Source: Nitrosopumilus sp. (GTDB lineage: Archaea > Thermoproteota > Nitrososphaeria > Nitrososphaerales > Nitrosopumilaceae). Taken from it: a stretch of DNA of 64,000 nt. Made by a program: the position numbers and the translations under genes. Below, piece after piece: positions 9,629 through 17,541 of this stretch. Under the pieces are notes generated by a model. It was not told the DNA's origin. It ran no database searches and saw nothing but the letters and a program-made list of their open reading frames with translations. The stretch is from positions 1,408,001 through 1,472,000 of the forward strand of contig OZ241857.1 in assembly GCA_965203315.1 (NCBI GenBank). Reading direction: 5' to 3'. How positions within the stretch are numbered: the stretch's first letter is position 1; each line of letters starts with the position of its first letter.

Positions 9629-10636
9629 ATGAACCATTATGACTTTTTTACTAGTCCGATTGGTCTAGGTCATGTCACACGAGATATCGCAATTGCTAAA
9701 AATCTTGATGTTAAACTAGACTTTATCACTGGGAGTGGTGCTGTAGATATGCTGAGAGCAACAGGTTGGAGTGTTCAGGATCGTTACACTCCACCATCTT
9801 TTGTAGTGGAAAACGGGACATTAAAGAGTTCAGCTAGATGGTTATGGAGCTATTATAGATACTACAAAGATTGCAAAAAGATAGCAGCAGATATCTTGGG
9901 GGTACGGCCAGATCTAGTCCTGAGCGATGAGGACTTTGCAGCACTTGTAGTGGCTCAAGAACAAGGAATTCCAACCATTCTGATAACTGACATCTTGGAG
10001 ACTCGTTTTACTAGTGGTGTGGCACAAATGATAGAACGTAAGATGAATCGCACTCTATGTGATATCATCGATCGCTGTGATACGGTAATAATACCCGAGA
10101 ACGGTACCAGTACAGGAAACATAAGACGAGTGGGTCCAATAGTTCGACAGACATCCAAGACTAGAGCCCAAATACGAGAAGAGTTTGAACTAGACAAAAC
10201 CACACTTGTCATAACAGTAGGAGGAACAGATCTGGGAAGATATCTGATCCAAAAGACTTTGGCTGCTGTATCAGAGATAGATCAAGATCTTGATGTTGTG
10301 TTGGTATCTGGTCCTGCAATGAAAGACTTTGATGGTGTTAGGGATCTTGGTTTTGTACCAAATATGCACGAGTTGATCTTTGCAGCAGATCTACTAGTAT
10401 CACTTGCAGGAAGATCAACCATAGATGAAGCGGCAGCATATGGAACACCTGGAATATTCATTCCTATCAGAGATCACTTTGAACAAGAAGATAATGCAAG
10501 ACGATACGGATTCGTGGCAGATGATATATCGAGACTAGCAGAGTTGATACCTGCAGGATTAGAACGTAAACGACTAGCCAAGAGAACAGACGGTGCCAAG
10601 ATAGCAGCAGATATCATAAAACAGTCAAATGCTTAA
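9629..10636 (+). CDS. MurG-like/GT28 glycosyltransferase
   Basis: SPIGLGHVTRD, VTVGGTDLG, AGRSTIDEA, PIRDHFEQEDNA. Confidence 0.85.
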   Translation: MNHYDFFTSPIGLGHVTRDIAIAKNLDVKLDFITGSGAVDMLRATGWSVQDRYTPPSFVVENGTLKSSARWLWSYYRYYKDCKKIAADILGVRPDLVLSDEDFAALVVAQEQGIPTILITDILETRFTSGVAQMIERKMNRTLCDIIDRCDTVIIPENGTSTGNIRRVGPIVRQTSKTRAQIREEFELDKTTLVITVGGTDLGRYLIQKTLAAVSEIDQDLDVVLVSGPAMKDFDGVRDLGFVPNMHELIFAADLLVSLAGRSTIDEAAAYGTPGIFIPIRDHFEQEDNARRYGFVADDISRLAELIPAGLERKRLAKRTDGAKIAADIIKQSNA

Positions 10637-10666
10637 TAGATGAGACATAAAACTCTAAAAAGTATT

Positions 10667-12082
10667 ATGACAAAGTTGATCGTTGTCAAGTTTGGTGGGA
10701 GCGCAATAGGTCCATTTGGTAGATCCATCCCACAGATAATCAATCGAATAAACAAATTAAGAGAGAATGCAAAAGTACTAGCAGTCTTTTCAGCGCCACT
10801 CACTATCCAAGACAACACGATATACTCCCTGACGGATATAGTCTTACAACAAGGTCATAATGCTGAGCTAGGCATATCGCCTACATTAGATACAGTAAAA
10901 CACACATATCACGAGATCCTAAAGATGGTAGATGAACGATATCAAACCGCATGTAATGATGCGGTGTCTACTCATTTACAATATACTCAAACTGCTCTAG
11001 ATTCTGCTTATGTAAAGCGCGAGTTTGCAGACGAGATCCGCTCAAAAGCACTCGGATTTGCAGGCGAGATTCTAATGTCTCATGTCATGAATTACATACT
11101 GTGTAGTAATGATATCCAATCTGCAACGATAGAGTACAAAGACTGGCCAATCATAACTGACAACAATATCGAGTCAACAAACTTTTTGATCTCCGAGTCT
11201 AGAGAGAGAATGTCAAAATTGTCCGAACTTGTCGCACAAAACGATGTCGTAACTATAGGTGGATTCATAGGCAAGACTGTGGATGGTATCGTAACGACAT
11301 ATGAGCGAGGTGGTTCAGATAGAACTGCTGCTGATCTAGGTATATTATTTCACAAAGAGTATGAGACTAGTATCGATTTTGAGAAGGACAGCTCTGTAGT
11401 ATCTGCTGATCCCAAGATAGTCCATGATCACTTGGCAGATGTAAATCAGCTCTCATATAACGAAGCTAGACTTGCAGGCATGTTTGGAATGAAGATACTA
11501 GATCCGATTGCAATAAAGGAGATCTTGGAGAACGGTGTTGATGTACCAATTACTATAACAAACATGAACAATCCAACTAAAATTACAACGATCAAACGTA
11601 TTTCTACTCAAAATAAAGGACATCCGATAAAGATAGTTGCAGGAAGAGAGAACTGTGCCATACTTCGAATCGAGTCTAGTCTAGTTGACAGACTACTCAA
11701 GTCACTAGATAACGAACGTCGATATAACGAGTTTATAATACTGTCTCCATTCACAAAGGATGGAATCGCATTCTTTAGGATATTATTTTTAGATGGAGAC
11801 TATGTAAAACGTAATGAAAAGTATCTGTTGGGCTTTGACTCGCTTGCAACAATAACGTATAACCGCGGTGTGATAACTTTGATTGGTGATGAGATGTGGC
11901 GTGTTCAACAAGTTGCGTCCAGAACTAGTGCAAAGATAGGTGAATCTGATCTAAACATTCTAAATATGGATGCGCAAGAAGAGACATCTAGAATAATTAT
12001 CATCATAGAGGATGCAGCAGATAATGTAAAACGCGCAATATCTGCAGTACATAAAGAGATATCTGAGATACAATTCATTTAG
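10667..12082 (+). CDS. Aspartate kinase
   Basis: VVKFGGSA, GFIGKT..TTYERGGSDRTA, ADPKIV, LSYNEA, C-terminal ACT-like region. Confidence 0.9.
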   Translation: MTKLIVVKFGGSAIGPFGRSIPQIINRINKLRENAKVLAVFSAPLTIQDNTIYSLTDIVLQQGHNAELGISPTLDTVKHTYHEILKMVDERYQTACNDAVSTHLQYTQTALDSAYVKREFADEIRSKALGFAGEILMSHVMNYILCSNDIQSATIEYKDWPIITDNNIESTNFLISESRERMSKLSELVAQNDVVTIGGFIGKTVDGIVTTYERGGSDRTAADLGILFHKEYETSIDFEKDSSVVSADPKIVHDHLADVNQLSYNEARLAGMFGMKILDPIAIKEILENGVDVPITITNMNNPTKITTIKRISTQNKGHPIKIVAGRENCAILRIESSLVDRLLKSLDNERRYNEFIILSPFTKDGIAFFRILFLDGDYVKRNEKYLLGFDSLATITYNRGVITLIGDEMWRVQQVASRTSAKIGESDLNILNMDAQEETSRIIIIIEDAADNVKRAISAVHKEISEIQFI

Positions 12083-12127
12083 AGGATAGATGGCGTACAG
12101 GCCTCTTCGCCAGTAGCGCCACAATAG

Positions 12128-13362
12128 CAGTTAACGCAAATGTGCCTCTTCCTCGAGGTGAATGTTTGGTGGTGGCCACATTTCCATAAATTTATTTACA
12201 AATTGTTCAAGTTTCTTTTTAAATCCGTACTGCGAAATTTGTCTGCCATTCACATAAAACATATCATTCTTTTTTCGTGGATTGCGTGCGATTATCCACC
12301 CATTATAAATCGCCGAACTTAGTATATACATGAGTTTTCTCACTCTGTGATCCCTACTTGATGTTTTTAGTTTGAATCTATCAACACTGCGATATCCTGT
12401 TTCGATAATCCATCTCTTTTTGTACTTGTCAATGTTAATTCGTGCATTGTTTGTCGCAAATGCAATATATCCAGACTCGGTTCTAGTACTCTCTTCAATG
12501 ATCATCGAATACTCTGCAGCGAGACCTTTCTTTCGGTTTTTCATCGTGCGTTTTGATACTCGTTTATATTTTCCTTTACCGAATTCTCGAATACATTTTT
12601 TGACTGGAATACTTTCTTTGCAAGGCATGAGATAAGTCAAATGTCTTCTGTTAAACAGATCAATCACTTCTGTTATGCAGAACTCTTTATCTAGTGTGAA
12701 TGTGCCTGGATTTATCCCAAATTTCTTGGCTTTTCCGAGGATTTTACGTATACAATCAACGTTTGTGTCTTCGTCTGACATGCTAAATATTGCAAACACT
12801 ATTGATGACCCGTTGATGGTGATTTGAGCTGTGATGTGTTTTTGATACTGGCATGTCTTCTTGTCAATCTTACCATGATGCAGATAATCACTTTCTGTTT
12901 TATCGAACCTCAGATCCTTGTGTATATCTATTGCAATGTCTTGAACACTAGGCCAACGCCCCTTGCGTTTTAATATTCTAATTTGTTCCTTAACTACCCT
13001 ATCAAACATTGCTGCTGGATCACATTCATTTACCATTTTTATGAATAATGTTCTAACCCATTCACCAGTAGGCATACCATTGTCTTTATTATTATTTGCA
13101 ACATCTGCAATATTTGCTTTTGACATTATCGACTTAAACAAGAGAGAAAAAACTGTAGAAGTACCATACATGGCATTGTAATTTTGTGATATTGGAAAAG
13201 ATATTTCGGTTAACCATTTTGTAATTTTATTATCTTCAATGTATTTTGCAAACTTTCGTTCATATTTTTCAATTTGATTTTGCAATGGTTATTGATTTTT
13301 AATACCCTTTATAGATCTTTCTATTTTTGTTTATAGGTTTAAGATCACATTTGCGTTAACTG
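12128..13362. mobile_element. ISH3/IS4-like insertion sequence
   Basis: Perfect 17 bp TIR cagttaacgcaaatgtg; 5 bp target duplication AATAG (12123-12127, 13363-13367). Confidence 0.92.
12131..13285 (-). CDS. DDE transposase, ISH3/IS4 type
   Basis: IAIDIH, TLDKEF, YKKRWIIETGYR (YREK-like); stop codon lies inside the TIR. Confidence 0.9.
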   Translation of the reverse strand: MQNQIEKYERKFAKYIEDNKITKWLTEISFPISQNYNAMYGTSTVFSLLFKSIMSKANIADVANNNKDNGMPTGEWVRTLFIKMVNECDPAAMFDRVVKEQIRILKRKGRWPSVQDIAIDIHKDLRFDKTESDYLHHGKIDKKTCQYQKHITAQITINGSSIVFAIFSMSDEDTNVDCIRKILGKAKKFGINPGTFTLDKEFCITEVIDLFNRRHLTYLMPCKESIPVKKCIREFGKGKYKRVSKRTMKNRKKGLAAEYSMIIEESTRTESGYIAFATNNARINIDKYKKRWIIETGYRSVDRFKLKTSSRDHRVRKLMYILSSAIYNGWIIARNPRKKNDMFYVNGRQISQYGFKKKLEQFVNKFMEMWPPPNIHLEEEAHLR

Positions 13363-13450
13363 AATAGGGTTTGTTCTTGGACCATTATCTAGAGTTAGTC
13401 CGGCGTTACCCAAAACACGCGTTACTTTGATTACACTCTACTAGTATATA

Positions 13451-13581
13451 TAGTCACGAGCGGAATTGTTTTCTTGTTTACTCCCGCATATGTGGAGCCA
13501 GAGACGGAATTTACCTCTGGCAGAACACATAACATCAAATTATGATACTGAACACTAGGAAAATTATTGTGTTCACGACTA
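13451..13581. mobile_element. MITE family C, copy 2
   Basis: Same-orientation diverged copy of 4383-4513; TA on both flanks. Confidence 0.85.
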
Positions 13582-13605
13582 TAGAGCTGTTCTATATAGA
13601 CTAGG

Positions 13606-13809
13606 TTAGACCCGTTCAGCTACATACCACAATATGATGCCTATTCCGATCACTCCGTACCACTTGAAGTTACGCCTGTGGAGAAATATGTTGGGAGAAC
13701 CTAGTTCATCACCATGTATGCTAGTTCTAATCTTTCGCATCTCAAATGCTTGTCCAACTAGACCTACTACCAAACATGCGATTGCAACAAATCCCAGAGT
13801 CCAGTTCAT
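13606..13809 (-). CDS. Small two-helix membrane protein
   Basis: MNWTLGFVAIACLVVGLVGQAFEM...KWYGVIGIGIILWYVAERV; host-like composition. Confidence 0.7.
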   Translation of the reverse strand: MNWTLGFVAIACLVVGLVGQAFEMRKIRTSIHGDELGSPNIFLHRRNFKWYGVIGIGIILWYVAERV

Positions 13810-14021
13810 GATTATATGTGGTCGTGAGTATGATATGTATCTGTGCTTTTTCTGTAACCGTTCATCCCACATGAATCGAAAAGATCTCCCACAACTGAAC
13901 GATTCATGCGTAAATTTTATTAGAAACTATTCATCAAATAACCTGATGAAGTCAATATACGTTATATCCATCATAGCGCCAAGTTTTGTTTCTATAACTA
14001 TGACAAGTTCAATAGCTCAAG

Positions 14022-14612
14022 ATGATGAATGTAATGTATAATTTGTACATAATATTTTTGTTGTCGCTAATTCCAATTGCATTTATGGTCGGGTATTTTT
14101 TCGATCCTGTACATAATAGCATCACAATAAATTCCAGAGACGACTTGAGAGATGTATTAGACGAGATATATGATGAACAGAAACGAACAGGCATATATCT
14201 ATACTATCACGATGTAGAATTCTTGTTGGGGCTTAATGACGATATCGAAAAGATTTCAATCAATTTAGCATCTCCAAACTCTTATCCGATCAAAGAGCCT
14301 TGGGATTATGAGACATGGACGTTTCATTTCTTTGGCAACAAGACAGATCTAGAGTATGTCGCATGGATGAATCAGTTCTTAAATGAGACAGAACCAGAGA
14401 TAGATTTTGACACATGGCAATCTCATTTCTTCAGTGAGCAGGCACCTCCAAATGTAGATTATGCCAAATGGATGTCTTATTTCTTCAACAAGACAGATCC
14501 TAACATCGACGGCAGATCAAAATACATTCACGTAAAGATTTCACCGGGAGAACAGGGTGTGTTGTTGATTCAAAAAGGAAACTGGACATATCGTAATTTA
14601 TCTCTTGAATGA
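14022..14612 (+). CDS. Membrane-anchored hypothetical protein with short Trp/Phe-rich internal repeats
   Basis: N-terminal TM helix; repeats DYETWTFHFF / EYVAWMNQFL / DFDTWQSHFF / DYAKWMSYFF. Confidence 0.6.
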   Translation: MMNVMYNLYIIFLLSLIPIAFMVGYFFDPVHNSITINSRDDLRDVLDEIYDEQKRTGIYLYYHDVEFLLGLNDDIEKISINLASPNSYPIKEPWDYETWTFHFFGNKTDLEYVAWMNQFLNETEPEIDFDTWQSHFFSEQAPPNVDYAKWMSYFFNKTDPNIDGRSKYIHVKISPGEQGVLLIQKGNWTYRNLSLE

Positions 14613-14636
14613 CATATGATCGTCAAGAAAAAAATT

Positions 14637-14887
14637 CAGTTCTTAACTTATCGGGGGAGGTATTTGGAATTTAGGAGATCTCTTGGAAATTTACTGTCGG
14701 TGGCAATCCCACAAACGATTCACAAAGAATTACATATTATTAAATAATTCATCTTTTTTATGTAAATTTTTGATATTTAGAGCATAAATCATGTAATTTT
14801 TTTTAGTTTTTTATCTTGATAATTTTACTGGGAGTATAATTCCACACACACCCCTAAATTCCACATCTCCCGATAAGTTAAGAACCG
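14637..14887. mobile_element. MITE family D
   Basis: TIR cagttcttaacttatcggg / cccgataagttaagaaccg (18/19), extended by tggaatttagg / cctaaattcca; no clear target duplication. Confidence 0.7.
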
Positions 14888-14956
14888 AACGACTTTCATA
14901 TCCGGTACAAACTCTCTCTTGGAAAACTCTAAATTAGCGACGATCTTTTAGGTAAT

Positions 14957-15871
14957 ATGAAAGAGGTAGGCAAGATATGGATGAATGGCAAACTAGTTCC
15001 ATTCAAGTCTGCCAAGGTTCATGTACTTACACATGGTTTGCATTATGCAACTGCAATATTTGAGGGCATTAGATGTTACAACACTTTGAAAGGATCTGCA
15101 ATATTCCGACTAGAAGAACATGTAGATCGACTCTTTACATCTGCAAAGTTGTACTCTATGAAGATGCAGTTCTCTAAAAGACAGATCATGGATGGTGTAA
15201 TTAATACTGTAAAGGCGAGCGGTCACAAAGAATGTTACATCCGACCTCTTGCATACTATGGATATGGTACCATGGGACTGACTCCAACACAAAACAAGGT
15301 CGACTTGTCGATATCGTGTTGGGAGTGGAAGATGGGCGAATCAAAAGCAGGCAAGTTTACTGGTGCAAAATGTGAGATATCTAGCTGGATCAAGATCGAT
15401 TCTAGATCACAACCGATGCAAGCAAAGGCAGCATCAAACTATGCAAATGCAGCACTTGCGCGCGTAGAGGCTCTAAACAACGGCTATGATGAAGCTATAA
15501 TGTTAAACTTGCATGGCAAGGTCGTAGAGGGTAGTGCTGAGAATATCTTTATCGTAAAAGATGATCTAGTATATACTCCACCACTATCCTCGGGTTGTCT
15601 TGCAGGAATAACAAGAGACAGCATAATTCAGATAATCGAAGCAAATGGTGGTGGTGTCATCGAGAAAGACTTGGAGCGTGACGATCTGTACATTGCTGAT
15701 GAGATATTCATGACAGGAACTGCAGCGGAAGTAAAGTCTGTCACGCAGATAGATAACGTCAAGATTGGAGATGGCAAGATGGGCAAGAACACAAAGATGC
15801 TACAAAAACTATTCTCAGATGCAGTGATGGGTAGAGACGAGCGATTTCTATCATGGCTAACTTACATTTAA
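14957..15871 (+). CDS. ilvE: Branched-chain amino acid aminotransferase
   Basis: HGLHYATAIFEGIR, CYIRP, AKAASNY, EGSAENIF, LAGITR, FMTGTAAEV. Confidence 0.95.
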   Translation: MKEVGKIWMNGKLVPFKSAKVHVLTHGLHYATAIFEGIRCYNTLKGSAIFRLEEHVDRLFTSAKLYSMKMQFSKRQIMDGVINTVKASGHKECYIRPLAYYGYGTMGLTPTQNKVDLSISCWEWKMGESKAGKFTGAKCEISSWIKIDSRSQPMQAKAASNYANAALARVEALNNGYDEAIMLNLHGKVVEGSAENIFIVKDDLVYTPPLSSGCLAGITRDSIIQIIEANGGGVIEKDLERDDLYIADEIFMTGTAAEVKSVTQIDNVKIGDGKMGKNTKMLQKLFSDAVMGRDERFLSWLTYI

Positions 15872-15876
15872 TACTC

Positions 15877-16014
15877 TAGTTCTCGGTAAGGGATCTTTTC
15901 GGTTTATGTGAGATGAATGGTTACAGAAAAAGCGCTACAAGATTCTATAAAGGAAAATTATCGAAAAAGCCTTGTGAAAAGATATCCAATGTAAATCGAA
16001 GAGATCCTGCGAGA
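15877..16014. mobile_element. Degenerate MITE family F
   Basis: Imperfect IR ggatcttttcggttta / taaatcgaagagatcc; a related end recurs at 16554. Confidence 0.45.
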
Positions 16015-16226
16015 GGTTCTGTTCAATTGACTGGGGCTCTACACTTTACAATTGTGAAATTTGGAATGAAAACATCCTGATTTGTCTCCAATTTTTCTAA
16101 ATTTAGCAAAATAACGAACATTTTTTGCAATCTGTATCAACAACACAAAAATCTAGGATCAATCGGTTATTAGGTAAAACGTCTAAATTCATGAAAACTG
16201 ATAACTCGTGACAATTGAACAGAACT
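16015..16226. mobile_element. MITE family E (IS6-like ends)
   Basis: 14 bp perfect IR gttctgttcaattg / caattgaacagaac; GGTTCTGTT start resembles IS6-family ends. Confidence 0.65.
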
Positions 16227-16243
16227 CAATAAAACACATCTAT

Positions 16244-16308
16244 AAAAAAGATGGTTACTGCTGTGCTGCAGACTATACCCATTTGTTTGTTTTATTGGGA
16301 GTAACCAA
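16244..16308 (-). ncRNA. Candidate small hairpin RNA complementary to the adjacent tRNA-like gene
   Basis: 8 bp closing stem tggttact/agtaacca, T6 run downstream on minus strand, AT-rich TATA-like box near 16327-16334; carries complements of tRNA 16382-16389 and 16389-16400. Confidence 0.45.
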
Positions 16309-16342
16309 TCTATATAGCATACTACTTAATTTAACTATTACT

Positions 16343-16428
16343 GACAGTGTAGTTTAGATCGGTTAGAACGCCCAACTGAAGATTGGGAGCTGTGCTGCAG
16401 CACGAGGGTTCAAATCCCTCCACTGTCG
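16343..16428 (+). tRNA. Atypical tRNA with GAA (Phe) anticodon, 16-nt variable region and G73
   Basis: Acceptor gacagtg/cactgtc, D-arm gttt-agatcggtta-gaac, anticodon cccaa-ctgaaga-ttggg, variable agctgtgctgcagcac, T-arm gaggg-ttcaaat-ccctc. Confidence 0.85.
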
Positions 16429-16553
16429 TATATGTCTGGATCCAATAACGTTCAACATTCTATTCGACACTATAAGCCAATCATCAAAAGTGAACATATC
16501 TGTTAACACAAATGTGTGTTTCTTGACAAGTATTCTGACCGTATTTGATATAT

Positions 16554-16610
16554 AGGATCTCTTCGATTTATGCGAAATGGAATTTTGACATAAAAAGTAA
16601 TACACTACTT
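16554..16610. repeat. Partial second copy of MITE F end
   Basis: aggatctcttcgattta is the exact reverse complement of the right IR of 15877-16014 and aligns loosely with its left end. Confidence 0.4.
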
Positions 16611-16714
16611 TGACATGTCAAATGATTAGGCGAACTATTCTTCATATACCGCAGTAGCAGAATAACTCTTACATAATCACTTGATTCATAAATACATGTT
16701 TTGGATATTTGTTG

Positions 16715-16900
16715 TTGAGTCTCACACCATCTAAATTGAGAGAACCTAGATGCTCTACAAGTACCGCAGACATATGCTGGTTTTGTCACAAAGGTCGTCA
16801 TGATGACTGTATGTTAGAGATCCCTACATATGCAGAGACCGATGGACCACATGACTGTACATTTGACACAAAGATGATTCCATGCAAGTGTCAACACTAG
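16715..16900 (+). CDS. Small Cys/His-rich hypothetical protein (possible metal binder)
   Basis: CWFCHKGRHDDC...HDC...CKCQH; abuts methyltransferase gene. Confidence 0.6.
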   Translation: MSLTPSKLREPRCSTSTADICWFCHKGRHDDCMLEIPTYAETDGPHDCTFDTKMIPCKCQH

Positions 16901-16912
16901 GTGTTTTGTATC

Positions 16913-17461
16913 ATGGATGATACATTTTGGGATAGATATGCTCAAGAGAATGAGTCTAGATACAATGTAGAGTTTGCCAAGTTTACAAGAGATCTCGCAG
17001 TATCGCTACACTGTTCTAGCGTACTTGAAATAGGATGTGGCACCGGAATCGATCTACGACTATTTCCAGATACGTTTGAGATGTATGGTCTAGATCCCAA
17101 CCATACGGCGTTATCTATAGCTCGAGAAAAACTACCAAAGGTACGTTTTGAGATAGGTACGATCACAGATCTACCGTTTGACGAATCACAGATCGACTTT
17201 GTCTTTACACATCAGCTACTAAACTATCTAGATGATCATACGCTAGAGTCTGGTATGTCAGAGATGTACCGCGTCGCAGGGCGGTACATAATGAACTGTG
17301 AAAAATTTTCCGAGTCAGAGACACCCATAGATGAACACCACAAGTATCGAGACATGAGAACTAGATGGTCCAACTATAACGTAAAGATCATAAGTAATGT
17401 AAACATGCATAAAGAGATCGAACCTGATGAGGCGAGATTTACGTTAGTCAAAAAATTATGA
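16913..17461 (+). CDS. Class I SAM-dependent methyltransferase
   Basis: VLEIGCGTG, LPFDESQIDFVF. Confidence 0.9.
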   Translation: MDDTFWDRYAQENESRYNVEFAKFTRDLAVSLHCSSVLEIGCGTGIDLRLFPDTFEMYGLDPNHTALSIAREKLPKVRFEIGTITDLPFDESQIDFVFTHQLLNYLDDHTLESGMSEMYRVAGRYIMNCEKFSESETPIDEHHKYRDMRTRWSNYNVKIISNVNMHKEIEPDEARFTLVKKL

Positions 17462-17541
17462 ATCGTACACAATTAATTTAGAATCAATCTCCAAATTACT
17501 AGTCGGTACATTTTAAAACTAGATACAGACGATTCATCTCT

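Noticed and set aside
16388-16403. Reading the tRNA variable-region insert as an ordinary archaeal intron
   Set aside because: No bulge-helix-bulge could be built by eye; not formally excluded without SPLITS or tRNA-seq
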